Positions 11,252-25,149 of a stretch of DNA of 64,000 bases are shown piece after piece; within the stretch, counting starts at the first letter, position 1, and every line of letters begins with the position of its first letter. The translations under genes and the position numbers were made by a program. Below the pieces are notes generated by a model. It was given only the letters and a program-made list of their open reading frames with translations. It made no database searches and was not told the origin of the DNA. Source of the DNA: Azolla caroliniana (Eukaryota; Plantae; Polypodiophyta); assembly GCA_043228905.1 (NCBI GenBank), contig JBHGNT010000003.1:2852001-2916000 (forward strand). The letters are read 5' to 3'.

Positions 11252-12610
11252 CCTAACCTTAAACCCAAGGGCAACAATAAAGAAGCTCAACATAATCAAG
11301 TATTTACTCAGCTTTCTTCATTCCTTTAGTATTTCCGTTTTATTTATTAATTTAATTATTTCCCATTATTTATGTATTTATAGTCCACATTGGCTTATGA
11401 AATTGTGGAAGATTATGTACTTATGGTGAATCGTCTCATGATTCATGTATTAATGGAAATACATATTTTGGGAGTTAAGTTTTAAGTAATTGACGCAATG
11501 AACTATTGAAGCACAGGTTTTTCTTCTTCTTCGTCATCATCTTCATCATGATCCCACGTTCATCATATTACCTACAAGTTTTAACACGATGACAAAGAAA
11601 TTGATTGATTATAGAATGTCCAAATCAACCCAAATCCCATTACTAGTTCTATTTGTTTCATGAACATACTTGTTACATTAACAAATCACTTCCACCAAAT
11701 CCATTTAGTTTGTTAGAATATTCCTCCACAAAACTGCAATAACTGATTGATGGATGAAAGATTTGAAGGATTGGTTACCGTAATGGACAAGGCAGGAGGA
11801 ATGGCCATTGTTCTCAAAATTCCATTTCGTGATATGCTAACGGCTATTGATCTCTAATTTCCTATTTGTGATATGCAATGTAATCGATATTGAGGGGTAC
11901 AGCCAGAAACGGATTAGATACAGGACACTATTTCTTGAAGGGATACACACTATCCCTTGTATCATCAGCTGGCACCGCCTTCTGTCATCGCCAGGTGTAA
12001 TTGAGCGCTTTGTATGAAGGAATTCGTGGCATCCTCATTGCTTTAGCAACATCTATTTCAGCCAAGCCTACTCCAACAGCCTACAATCATCGCAATGACT
12101 ATGATTATTTCCTGATGCCATTGGTGGGTTTTAATTGACATTGGCAGTATTCATGAATATTGGTGTCATAATACTACGAGTAAAATTTATTAGCATTTAC
12201 CCCAAACTCTCTGTTATTAGCATGCTCACTGTTTCCTCTCAAAGAAATTGATCAAGAGTGGATTGATCTCCTTTTTTTCTCAAAATAATTAAGTTGGTTT
12301 GCAACCTAATTATGATCAGATTTTACATGTGTTGTATAAATGTGATCACATTACTAGTATTTTGTTTCAAAATCTATCATATCAAATTATATCCAATTAT
12401 TGCAAAATTGTAATGAAATTCTATTATCCTCCCACTTTTGTATGTAGCTACACTTAATTAATTATAAGTTCTTTGCTAATTCTATGACAAAGCTATTAGT
12501 TCCATATACTTTTTGTCCAAGTCTCATAATATCCATAAATCATATCAATACCAGAAATGGGGTTACTAGCACAATATCATCTCATACCAGACTTGATCAC
12601 GACGTATTTC

Positions 12611-13191
12611 ACTTGGTAAACTAACATGTAGTTTTTAATATACTCAAGCACAAGATTGAGCAACATGATTGAAGGCTCCACACACAATTCTCACAACATA
12701 ATTGATTTGGCATGATACATTAACATGATTGTTGGGTTCATAGACAACCTTCAAAGATTACATATGTGCATTATTATCCTTGGCATTATGCACATTATAG
12801 GTTATTGTAGAAACTTACATTTACACATATGTTGTTTGCAATGGTTTACTTTAAGTGTGTCACTTGGATTTCAATGACTTGTTCTAGACAGCCCAAAAGT
12901 TTTTCTTTTCTTTTCATTTTTTATTATCCGATATCTTTAGTCAACTACCCCTCCTTTTTGGCTTTGTCGTGTTCCTATCCTCTATGCTACATGGAAATGC
13001 TTAACTTTGGTCCCCAACATTACATGTCCCACATCTTGTGTACCGACCTACCTACTTAACTAGTGTTTAAGCTATGATTGGGTAGCTAGATAGATAGATT
13101 TTATTATTGTGCTCGCAAATGTGACTTACATGTGTGTGTGCATGAGGAGTGTCCGAGGGTATGTGGCACAAAGATAAATCTTTGTTTCCAA

Positions 13192-13234
<43 letters not shown>

Positions 13235-13610
13235 AACAAACAAACAAACACACACGAAGTTTCCTCCACCTCACATGGAAACGAACAACAAATTTGAAGA
13301 CTTCTTTGGTTTCTTTAAAGATCTATAAAGACCAACGAACAGTTCACGGATGATCAACATATCTAAGAACTATCTACTCCCCAAAGGAAACTCCATTCAC
13401 ATACTATTAGTACACTCTTTCTGAAGAAAGTATCAAAGCTTATGCAACAACAATAGCAAAAGAAAAAGATGATGATGATGATCAGTCATGATTCCCGTGG
13501 GAACCAAATGGCCCAATATCCAGATCCATATAATCCCATCCCTACTATCTATAAATTCCCCATCGAGCAACTTCATCAACTCCATTGCAACTCAAAAGAA
13601 TGGAAAGACT
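12611..13610 (+). repeat. Segmental duplicate of 1-1215 (A-type promoter and start)
   Basis: Colinear similarity beginning acttggtaaactaacat versus acttagtaaactaacat. Confidence 0.85.
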
Positions 13611-13855
13611 TTTCGGATTTGTCTTGAATGCCTTGTCGTGTATGATGGCACATAAGATGTGTTAGGGAAGCTCATTGCTAATGAACAAATCTCCAAAGAA
13701 AGTGGTGAGTTGTCGATGTATGCCACAACCATGAACATGCTGATTCACACACAAGAAGATATCACAATCTTGATTCGGGCCAAAGTATTAGAGAACCATC
13801 TCGGGAGTGACGAGATGTAAGTGTAGATGTGGAATGATATGTGCACCAATGTTTC
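13442..13855 (+). pseudogene. DUF247 A-type pseudogene, internally deleted and abutting a copia gag remnant
   Basis: 5' part matches 1034-1215 and 3' part matches about 2230-2455; contains stops; upstream 12611-13440 duplicates 1-1033. Confidence 0.85.
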
Positions 13856-13859
13856 GTCC

Positions 13860-15111
13860 AAATGGTGTGAGAGATGGAACCTTTTCCTTTTTGGCCGTAT
13901 TGTTTCTTTCGACAATCCCATTCAAGATGGCACGGTTTGTTGCAAAATCTACAAAAAATTGTAGACATGGTAATAGCTCCAGCCCCTCCTTGAGGAGGCT
14001 TATTCCTTGGATAAAATTTTTGGAATGTTTTCGGCTTGTAGTAATTGTCTCCCAATTGCCTTTGTAAGAATTGCCTTTGTAACAATGACTCATGGACGCC
14101 GCCATTGCCAAGTGATTTGTGTGACTTGTGTCGGTTTGACCATTTGGTTTCTTTCTCCGTAGTTCGTCTTGCTTGATTTTCGCAATCAAGGTTTGGAGAT
14201 TGAGATCCTTCTCGTTGCTATCGATGCTCACGAATGTGATCCATCATTCTGGCGAAGAACCTGTTAGTATTTCACATTTTGATGTCTTTGCCAATTGCTT
14301 ATGAAGGTGTTCATTGGTTCTCCTTCACGCATGTCCATGCTCATTAGGGTTCGGTACGAGAAGATTTTGGTCGTACCATCGGAAGGTTGGTGTAATTGTT
14401 GAAGATGATCCCACATTGCTCGTGCAAATCTAAGACTTCGAACATGATCAACTTGTCAATCACTTAGATGCATGATTATCTCCATTCTTGCATCTAGATC
14501 TTTACTTTTCCAATCGCCCAATTTAGGTTCTGTTGGTGGAATGACTTCAAAACCATTTACAATTCCTATAAGATTTGTTCTTTCGAGAATTAACTCCATT
14601 CTCATTCTCCACATTCTATAACTGTGATCGGTGAGTTTCTCCACCACATACTTTCTTGCCATTTGATTTGATGATGCAACATTGATTGAATTTCCACCAA
14701 CCTCCGATTGGTTTTCCGTCGTCAACGACATCTTGTATAGATTATCCAGATCAATCTAACGTGATGTATGACACTTATTTATTCATAGATTACTTATGTA
14801 ATGTGATGTATGCACTTATTTATTCACAGATTACTTATCTAACGTGATGAACGTCAATCTAATACCATATGAGAAATGAGAGAGAGAGAGAGAGGCTTTG
14901 ACTCTCTGGAACCTTCTAGTCTAATGATCTTTTGACCCCTAGAAGCTCTCCAGTCTAACGACCGTTTGAAGAGGCTTTGACTCTCTGGAACCTTCTAGTC
15001 TAATGATCTTTCAACCCCTAAAAGCTCTCCAGTCTAAGGAACTTGTTGACTCCTAACAATTTTCGACTCTGAGAGTCTTTGAACTCTCAAGAGCCTTCGA
15101 GTCACCTAACA
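13860..15111 (-). mobile_element. Truncated Ty1/copia element: LTR, PBS and gag
   Basis: LTR-like TGTTAGG..CA at about 15111-14870; PBS-like TGGTATTAGA (tRNA-Met type) at 14867-14858; gag EKLTDHSYRMWRMRMELIL..; zinc knuckle CRFCNKPCHLEWDC. Confidence 0.78.
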
Positions 15112-15679
15112 TCCCATCCTCTCTAGTTCAAGTCCCACTACAATAGTCCCGCTCAAGTAGCACATGTATGTACATACATGTTTTAACTTCGCCAAAGCAC
15201 GAACAAAAAAACAGTTCATCGTGAATTCAACGCCAAAAGTGTTTATTAAGCATATGTGATGGAGTCATGAGCAATTCGGCAATCCTAGATCATTATGAAA
15301 AGAAATCTCACCATAGACCTCAAGAAAACCAAATGAGAACAACCATCATAAGTGGTCTAGATACCTAATGGAAATTCCGAGGGATGAAAACCAATTTGTA
15401 AATTGTTGCCCATAGGAATGCATTTAAAGTAGATTGGTTGAATGCGTCTGTTTCTGCTCTCTCTGATCCTCCCCTGTTCTTCATCTCTCTTTCATTCATC
15501 TATTTCATCGGAGGTGATTCAAGCTCTCTTATCTATTCAGCTTTGTCTCCATGACCACTTTCTCTCTATAACAGACAACTTAAAGATGTGGTTTTGTCAT
15601 CCAACGCTTAAGGAAAGGAAAGCTAAGGAGGAGGATCAAGAAGAAAAAGCAGACCACAAGAATGACAATGTGGACTGAG

Positions 15680-15960
15680 AAGTGTCTGCAGAATAAATTA
15701 GAGCTTTGATCGAGCCATTCTTGACAGAATAGATCAGTTAGATCTGCTTCACGAAGCAACGATGTCTGATTCTAGGGTTTTTTCAGAGATAAAGAAGCTT
15801 GCTGACAAGGATACAACATACAGGAAGCTTTTCATTAGAGGATTAGGTTGGGAGATGACACCCGAAACCCTTAAATCAGGAGGAAATGATCATATAGGAA
15901 GAAAAATCTATGGCGGAATTGTCTATAATCATATGCCACAATATCAAGTTTTTAGATTAC
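15680..15960 (+). pseudogene. UBP1-associated protein 2 (UBA2)-like RRM gene remnant
   Basis: LIEPF..DLL.EA..SDSRVFSEIKKLADKDTTYRKLFIRGLGWEMTPETLKS, then RKIYGG. Resembles plant UBA2 RRM1/RRM2 starts, with internal deletion and stops. Confidence 0.65.
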
Positions 15961-16374
15961 CTTCTTAGTATGTTAAATCTAGGAATAAGAAGTCGTAACC
16001 ATATCTAAAATCCATCACTACGTGGATAAAGAGATTATTGAGGCTGATTATGTGGTTGATATTGTGATTGTCAACATGTCAATGTTACAAAAGAAGTGAT
16101 CAGGTATGTCCTACGTGCCATGATCGATGATTGGGGTAAAATAAACGCAGGAAACAGAATTCTGAGGCAGACAAAATGCAGATAGAGAAGAGAAAGAGAA
16201 TAGAAGATTATTAGAGAAAGAGAAGATAAAATGCATCAACTAAAAATGTCTTCTAACACAATTATTAGCACTACTTGTATAAATGTTCCCGACCACATAG
16301 ATAGTCAACATCATTAATGGATCAAGCCTATGCAGAATATGTGTATCACAGTCGCAAACATTGGGAAACTAGAA

Positions 16375-16771
16375 TGTGCTGCGGAACCTCATTGCATTAG
16401 AAATAACTCACGGACAAGGAACTCTGCTTTCGGTCTATGCTCTCATAATGGACCGGCTCACCCAGGAAGATGTCACAATCTTGCAGAAGGCCAACGTCAT
16501 AAAGAACCACACACGGAACAATGAGAGTTTGGTCAGCATGTGGAACAACATGTGCATCAATGTGGGCTATGATCCCCAAACCGCAATGATGATCGATGAT
16601 ATTGTGGCCGACTCTTCCTCCCGTTGGCATCTCTGGTGTGTAGAGTTTTATGAAAGGTTCTTTTCTCGGCCATGGTATACGGCATCATTCATTGTCGCGT
16701 TTGTACTGGTCATAGCTTCAATATCCTAGACAGTCTTTACAGTTTTACCGTATATCAAACCCAAAACTTAA
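16375..16771 (+). pseudogene. DUF247 3' fragment (B-type)
   Basis: LRNLIALE...FFSRPWYTASF; premature TAG at 16727-16729; B-type 3' UTR follows. Confidence 0.85.
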
Positions 16772-17765
16772 CCTAACATTAAACCCTGAGGCAAAAATAA
16801 AAAAGCTCTCAACACAATCAAGTATGTATTTATTGAGCTTTGTTTAATATTCCTTTGGTATTTCCTTTTAGTTTATTAATTTAATTATTTGGACCCATTA
16901 TTTATGTATTTATAGTCCAGATTGGCTTATGACATTATTATGTACTTATGGTGAATCGTTTTCATGATTCATGTATCAATTAATGGAAATAGATGTTGTG
17001 GGAGTTAAATTTGAGTAAATTGACGCAATGAAGTGTAACTGCAGCACAATTTCGTCATGAATCATCATCTTCTTCCAATTAGTTTCTCTTTCATATCTCC
17101 CGTTTCAAAAAATTATTAGAAAGCTTGTTCGAATATCCCCCCACCAAACTGCAATAACATATTGATGGATGATAGATTTGAAGGATTCTTTAGATTGCAA
17201 TCGACGAGGCAGGAGGAATGGCCTATTCATCTCAAAATTCCATTGCGTGATATGCTAACGTTAAGCTTATTGATCTCATTTTTGTGATATGCTATAGAAT
17301 CAATATTGAGCGGTACAACCAAAAACTTAATCATTAAATACACTACATTATTGCTTGGATGGATGCACAGCTTTCTATCAAATGCAGATGTAATTGAGCG
17401 CTTTGTATGAAGGAATTCGTATGACAAGACATGGCATCTTAATTGCTTTAGCAGTATCTACTTCAGTTCGGCTACGTCTCAATTTTTGCTATTTTCTCCC
17501 CTAATGTCACATAATTATATTTGATGGCCTTCAGAGTTTTCCCCAACATTGTTTACAGACTTTCAAAAAACACGTTTTCTCTTCAATTTCACATTGTATG
17601 AATCGAGGAGTCATCTCATCCATTTTTACTCAAATCATTCATATTCCATTAAGAAATTTTAGATTCCATGTGGACTCCTTTGATTTGTCTTTTGTTTTAC
17701 AACCCAATTACATGGAACGTTTAATTGGGGAAATAGACATCTTACACGGTTCATCCTTGGATTTG

Positions 17766-17941
17766 TCTCAAAAATCGGCATTTGGTCTCATGCTCTGAGT
17801 CATAGAAGTGGCACATCAATGATCAGGTATCATCGGAAGAAACTTCAGCTCTATCTTCCGCGGATTGTGGTGTACGAAGGCACGGAGAATGTGCTGTGGA
17901 ATCTGCTTGCCTACGAGCAGACCTCCAAAGATGGAGGTGAG
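17766..17941 (+). pseudogene. DUF247 internal fragment (C-type)
   Basis: Near-identical to about 41575-41750 (HRSGTSMIRYHRKKLQLYLP..EQTSKDGGE). Confidence 0.85.
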
Positions 17942-18965
17942 CAGAAAATGTACGTCACAGTCGTAGCCACTGGGAAACAAGAACCCATAGAAAACAAAGT
18001 TTTTGAATTTTCAAAATGCATAAAAACAGGAGACAAGGAGTTTGCTCATTACACTGGCCTCAAGCTCTACAGCCAAAAGAAGGAACTATGATCCGCAAGA
18101 CCTTCTTTGTTTTTCAGATTGCATGAAAAAAAAGCAATTAACCTCTCCTAGCCTGCACAAAACTTGTGACCTATTCGAGATCAAATTACATACTAGAAAG
18201 ATTTGTGGAATACCTCCCCACCAAACTGCAATAACTGATTGATGGATGATAGATTTGAAGAATTGGTTATCGCAATCGACAAGCCAGGAGGAATGGTCTA
18301 TTGATCTCAAATTTCCATTGCGCGATATGCTATGCAATCGATATTGAGGAGTACAACCAAAAACTCATTAAATACACTACACACTATTGCTTGGATGGAT
18401 GCACACTATCCCTTGTATCATAAGCTTGCACAGCATTGTATGAAGGAATTTGTATGTCAAGACATGGCATCTTCATTGCTTCAGAAGAATCTACTTCAGC
18501 TTGGCCTAATCAAACTTTTGTACAGCTCCAACCTCTACTCATTATTGATACCGTCCTCTAATTTCACGAGCATTGGCTTCTTCCAAAAAATCTTGCTTTT
18601 CATGAGGAATTATTGATCATCCAAAACCGAATTTCGCTACTGTCTCAATTCTTGCTTTTTCTCCCCTAATTTGATGGCCTTTAGAGTTTTACCCATCATT
18701 CTCCAACATCGTTTACAGACTTTCGATAACACCATTTCTCGAGTCAATTCATCCATTTTTGCTCAATTTATTGGTCTAAGATTGAGAAATTTTAGACTCC
18801 CTGTGGACTCCTTGGATTTGTCTTTTGTTTTTCACCCCAATTATATGGAACGTTTAATTGGGGAAATAGACATCTTAACCGGGGGAGGCTTTAGAACACT
18901 TCGATATTAATATATTTACTTGGTCATATTTTAATATCTTGAAATATATTTCTTACACGTGATAT

Positions 18966-19777
18966 TGATATGTTTGTAGACAGAGAGAGACACACAGAAA
19001 ATAAACTGAAACACAAACAAAAAATTCAGAATACACACGATTTACATGGAAACCTGAAACCAGGGAAAACCACGGAGCTGCAAAATTTCCACTCTGGATC
19101 AAGAGTATACATGATCGATTAGAAGGCTCATTAGCTTTCTAGGAGAAAGACTCAAATCTCAGGATCAAGAGTATACAGATCGATTACAAAGCCCGTTAGC
19201 TTTCTAGGAAAAAGACTCAAATCTCAGAGAATACCACAATAGTATGGAGGAGACGAAATTCACTCAACAATAGTGCATGAATTGACAAAACCTATTCAGG
19301 CATAGGTGCACTCCCAGGTCGTAGTCTGAAACCAAGACTAAGGTTTAAGCCAGATCCACCAAACCTACTTCGTTTGTCTGCCTCTTTCACTTCCAACTGT
19401 TTTCTTCTTCTTCTCTGTCTCTCGCGCACTCTCTGTTGGACTCTCTGCTCACAGTCACTCACATCTACTGTCTTCGCACTTTCTTCTTCACTTTGTCTCA
19501 AGCGCTCAACAGTTTCCCCTAACTTACATATAACTTTATAAAGTATACATATGTATAAATGTACATATGTACATATATACATACATCATATATGTATATA
19601 TATGTTTCTTGGTCGACCGAATGGTCGGTTCGACTACACCATCCGGTCAATCCGACTGGTGGGCCCTCAATTACCTATGATTCACCCAACCCCCAAATCG
19701 ATCGATTGACCGATCCGACCATACAATCAAAATTCGGCGACCGAGTCCTCCCATCAAGAGGGATGCAATACCTAACA
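18966..19777 (-). mobile_element. Solo LTR (~810 bp)
   Basis: TGATA..TAACA termini; TSD GATAT/GTTAT (one mismatch); uninterrupted flank seen at about 24935-24975 and 5450-5490. Confidence 0.75.
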
Positions 19778-19942
19778 GTTATCAATCAAATAAATATTAG
19801 GCATGATGCATGCATTCTTAAACATAACTTTTTCTACGAATACATAATTTCATTCAATAACTTTTTCTACGAAAACATAATTCATAGGTGAAAAGAATAT
19901 AGAGGTCAATCGTCACAGTGTCATCAACATTCTACATTGTAA

Positions 19943-20403
19943 TCATCAACAAGGAAATCATATTTACAATCCACCCCAATGGGGCTGCTGTGCATCCATA
20001 TGAACCCATCCCTCCTAACCATACAAACCACTACAAATGGTGGGAAGAAATGACAACAAAGATCAATAAAATTGCCACTGCTCCTGATACATGTCCATCC
20101 AACACGAAAAGTGGCCGGGATAATGTGAAGATTTTGATTCCTCCCAAAAAATTCATGGAAGCCAAGAAAACCCCATATTGGGATGAAAACCTGATCATGT
20201 GACCATTGTATACAAATCTTGTGACCAAATCCTGTCTTGATGACTGTAAGGTACTATGTGTGAAGAAATTTATGGAAAGACATAAGAAATCAGGTGCGGT
20301 AGAGCTCATAGAATACCTCATTCCTACCCCCCTCGATCTTAACAATCATTATTCAAACCTCTCCCAAGATAATATCAAAGATTTCCAACTTCTGGTCACA
20401 ATT
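19943..20403 (+). pseudogene. DUF247 5' fragment (C-type)
   Basis: Parallels 40560-41045 (HPYEPIPPNHTNH, YWDENL, DDCKVLCVKKFM); in-frame TGA at 20200-20202. Confidence 0.85.
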
Positions 20404-20774
20404 GAATTGTTTGGCCTCACAGAAACTTCCTTACCTTCTAATTTTTGGATGATTGTTTAAATGATCCAATATATTCCATCCATGCTGGCCATTGCTCTAT
20501 AGTTGACTTTGTTGCTATTAACTGTTAATCAACAGTTGGGTCCACAAAAATAACATTTCACAATCCTAACACAATCATAAGTATCTCAAAGGAGCCTGCA
20601 TAGAAATTCAAGTGCATGTTGGTTAGAATTATGAACAAGTAAATCTCATTAGTGTATCACCATGTCCATTGAATGAGTTAATTCTGTATTTGTGAATATA
20701 TCATGGTAGCATGGTGACAAAACTCAAAATAGTTTTCTCTTCCCACTGAACAATTAAGGATCCTGCGTTGGACA

Positions 20775-21130
20775 AATTTTGGATGGTTTTGAAGCCTCCC
20801 CAAGCATTGATGGAAGTGAAGCCAGAGTCATATTACCCGAAATTTAGTGACAATTGGTCCATTGTATCAAAATCTTGAGCCTTCGCCCATTAATAATTTG
20901 AAGGCGCTGTGTGAAGAAATTCATGGAGCGACATAATGAGAATATATCAGCAGTGGAAGACCTCGTCTCTGCTGAACCGCATGAAATTAACCACATCTAT
21001 GATCTCCACCTTCCCCAATCTGAAATTGAGTGCCTCCAACTTGTGGTCACTGTGGATACCGTCTACATTCATGAATTCTTGCTGTTTATCCGGGTAGTTT
21101 GCCCTATGGAAAGAATTGGGTACTTTAGTG
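20775..21130 (+). pseudogene. DUF247 5' fragment (B-type), frameshifted
   Basis: WMVLKPPQALMEVKPESYYP, LVTIGPLY, VTVDTVYIHEFLLF. Confidence 0.82.
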
Positions 21131-21568
21131 TGTCAACATGTTCTTGTTTATATTATTGTCTAACATGTTCTTGTTTTTCAGCAATTTGATGTTTAGTGTG
21201 CACATTCAGATTGGGCGATTGCGACAACTATGATTAGATAACAACCTCACACTATTAAAAAAATGTATGAACACTATGATTGAGCGTCTTGATTCGTTTG
21301 TTGTTTCATGGGCGATGAGAACTTAGTTGATATTCAGTAATTCACTAATCACCAATTATTTATCAGAAGTACAGAGTCGGATTGCAAATGGCATATTCGA
21401 CCATGTTTTTATGAGACCATCATAGGATTCCTATTCCCAGTCACTACAAATGAACAAATAACAGAAATAACGTCCAATGATCCCAAATGAATGAAAAATA
21501 AGAGAAATAAGAAAGCTTCTGTTTTTCTGCCCTAGGGTTTGATGAAGGTACGGTCATCAAATTAGGGT

Positions 21569-22991
21569 CTAACTTTTGTAATAGCCTGCGACAGTGTAGC
21601 CTGTCTGCACTAATGAGAAAAGGAGCAGTAGAAACGCCACCAGGAGCGAAATGGTTACCCCCGGTCGAGAGAAATACTTCTCACGAAACTCCACATACAT
21701 ACATGGCACGCCCAGGATTCTCATAGTCGTCCAATACATCTTCTATCATGTCGTCCCAATCCGGGCATGGCCGATCCGAGACAGTGATGCACATGTCGTT
21801 CCACATCTTGAGCAGCTTCTGGTCGCTCCCCAAGTGATTCTCTATGACCCGCGCCTCTGTCAAGATCGCTACATCCTCCGGCGTGTCGATGAGCGAGTCC
21901 ACGATGACCGCATACTTAGTGAAATAACCTTCTTTTCTGGAGGTTTGTTCATGTGCAATAAGGTTCCTTAGCATATCCTCCGTGCCAGCTTCCACGACAA
22001 GCCGTGGAAGATCGAACCGAAGCTTTTTCTTGTCATAGCGCATCACTGATATGGCACCCTCCATTGCCCTGAACCAGATGCCGGCTTTAGAGAGCTGTGA
22101 CGCTGTCGGCAGGCGATTGCGATATATAGTTATCTTGTGAGGAGCTTGTTCCGTCCGGAAAAGATTCAGTAGTCGTGGGATTCTACATGGATTGATGGCT
22201 TTTCTCTTTGTCTTTATTAATGTCGTTCGGATGACCCAAACATATAGGCAATCAAGTAGATGTTCACAATTATGGAGATTTTCAGGATTTTCGAAAATTT
22301 CGAATCGAGGATGCCACATATAGAATGGATCAGCTGCTTTGATGATGTTAACCAATACTTTGTTGAGCTTAAGATCTTTTTCTATGTTGGGTTTCGTTGG
22401 AAACTCTTCATACAGCTTCATTAGAAATGACATGGGAATTTGGTTGCCCATCAAGAACAGGTCCCTAAGTATTTGGTTGGTTGTGATTTCATTTTTGCAG
22501 AATGTGTAGAAGTAGTCGTGTTGCATTAGTTGGGATCTGGATTCTTCCGTTTTGGGTTGAAATTCAATCCATAGCCATAGCAAGAATTCGTAAATGAAGA
22601 TGGTATCGACAGTGAGCATAAGTTGGAGGGTTTCAGGGCCATAGGCCGGAAGACTTGAATAATGGGTATTAAGATTACAAGGGGCATCCAAGTAGCATTT
22701 CACGAGCTGTTTCACATCTGATATCTAATGTGTTTTCATGAATCTCAACACACACATTGCCTTACAATGATCAGCAGAAGAGATTTGACTAAAGATTTCA
22801 TGCAATGGTCCGATGGTCAGGAGCTGAGGGGAGTATGCCAGTGGCCTGACATCCAATAAGGCTTTTGGAGGCTTCGAAATCGTCCAACTTTTGTTAGACA
22901 CTTCTGTATGAGCATCAGTGGCATTATTGATTGTTATTGTCATCCATTCTCTCCATTTCTCTTCTTTAGTACAGGATTTAGATTGATCCAT
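21569..22991 (-). pseudogene. Full-length inverted DUF247 pseudogene (C-like) with two disabling lesions
   Basis: ORFs 22725-22991 and 21681-22715 are in frame and separated by one TAG where paralogues encode the G of HGISD. A 4-bp TATG duplication near 21700 shifts the tail, whose native frame ends GYTVAGYYKS* at 21569. Confidence 0.88.
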
Positions 22992-23224
22992 TTGAAGTGT
23001 AAGGTTGATTTCTTTCTTGTTGATATTCTCTTAAACTTTAACTTCAGACTTCTTCTTCCTGGGTGGGCACAAACTTGATGCTTTCTTCTTGAAATCAAAC
23101 ACCAGCACTAGACTTGCCTTGCAGGAGATAGGAATAGAGAGACAAATGAGAAAGAGAGAGGGGGAGAGATAAGATTGCCAGTCTAATCATAGAAATTCTA
23201 TTAATTACATTAGCAATAATAATG

Positions 23225-23310
23225 ATGTGTGAAGGAATTCATGGAAAGACATGGGATATCAGATGTGGAAGAGCTCATGCATCATATATAGAAGCAAAGA
23301 CATGAACTTA
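23225..23310 (+). pseudogene. Tiny DUF247 fragment
   Basis: tgtgtgaaggaattcatggaaagacatgggatatcagatgtggaagagctcatg encodes CVKEFMERHGISDVEELM. Confidence 0.7.
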
Positions 23311-25149
23311 GGTGCCTATCTATTTATCTATCTAGAAGTAGAGACATAGGAATGAGATAAAGCGTGTGTATGGGGCCAATAATCATATCATTTCCCATAA
23401 AGATCAAATGCTCTCTTCCATATTTCTTGACCAATTCCTGTATTATTGGAATCAAGAGCTTATCTTCTTTTATTTTTGTGATCTTGACTGACTTATGTAC
23501 ATGACGTCAACTATCATGCAAGTTAAGGATCATGCCAAGGGATACTAATTAAACTGGTCGATATGTTATAAAGACAAATACGTCATGATCCGCTGGGTCT
23601 ACTAATAATGAGATGTTGATCATTATACATATGTTGTTGTTATCATCTTTATGGTGTTACCATTGATGGATTTTTTAGACTTCACAAAAGTATTTTGTGC
23701 ATAACAAACTAGCATCTTTTGAAGAGAATTAGAGTCAGAATTGTTACTACATGTAAGCAAACACGTATAAGGGACTCGGACTCGCCTATGAATAAGCGGT
23801 TGATTTGCACATTTCTATAATCAATTCTTTTTGCCATTTATGAGGGGGATTAAAATGTGGTGCTACATTACAAATTAATTATTTAGTAGTATTATGAATC
23901 GGATGATTGATGCAGCATTATGAATCAAGAACTTTTCAAATAAACGTGGATATTTTAAACATTAATGTTTCACAAAGCCCGGCAAGGATTCGCTTTTCCT
24001 AAAATCTTGGGAGATCCCAAAAAGAGTAAAACAGTATTCCAAAGTCAAAAAGAGCACGAACATTTTTGTTAATTTTTTCATGTAGGCCTTGTGGAGACCA
24101 TCAGCTAGAATTATGGAATCTTAGTTGCAGAGAATATTTTTTTAAGTTTTCCTAAATTGTTTTCCAGATTCAAAGCTTTTCCCTTTAAACCAAAAACCTT
24201 TTCCACTTGGGCTACACTTTATTACATTCCATTTTTTTAATCCTATCTTTTCATATTCTAATATGATATCTCCTTAGGCCCTCACTTACCCGTTTCACCT
24301 TACTTTGCCCGCCATGTCACGATAACAAGTGGATGGCATTTATGGGTATCTTGGTTTGGGACAAGAGCACTAGATAAGTAGTGGACACAACCACAAGTTG
24401 GGTTGTTCGGGGCTTTGGAACACCACCAAGATGGAATGCATGTTGGCAATGCAGAATCTTGGGTGGTAAAATTGAGGGACGAGGCAAATTGGGGATAAAC
24501 ACATGTGACCATGAACTTGCAAAATAGGTGTACATATGGATACAATACATAACGTTTATTAATGTTAAGAAAATTCGCATGGCTTATTACAATGATGTGG
24601 ATGCACATAATTGTATTGATGGCCTTTAGAGTTTTCCCCAACATTGTTTACAGACTTTCATTAACACCATATCTCTTAAAATTTTAAATTGTATGAATTG
24701 AGAAGTCAATTCATCCATTTTTACCCGAATCCTTTGTTTTAGTTTGAGCAATTTCTGACACCTGTGGAGTCTGGACCACTTAGATTGACTTCTTTATCTT
24801 AAACTTTTATCTCTCTTTAGAACATTAGGATATTAATACATTGACTTGTCGTACTTTAATATCTTTAAATATATTGACCAAATTATATTTTTTAATATTG
24901 GCTTGCTCATATTTTAATATCTTCAAATTTACTTCTTACACGTGATATCAATCACAGCAATATTAGCCATAATGCATGAAAACTTGTGAACAACTAACAA
25001 ATTAACTATACATTAAAATATTGTAAGTTGAAGTTAGTAATATCTATGAACTAGATCGTGTGATTTCTCATTGATTTATCGCAATCATTAGCCATCTATT
25101 ATAACTTAAGAGTTGAAAACTCCTTTCTTCTTGCAATGATAGTCGAGCT

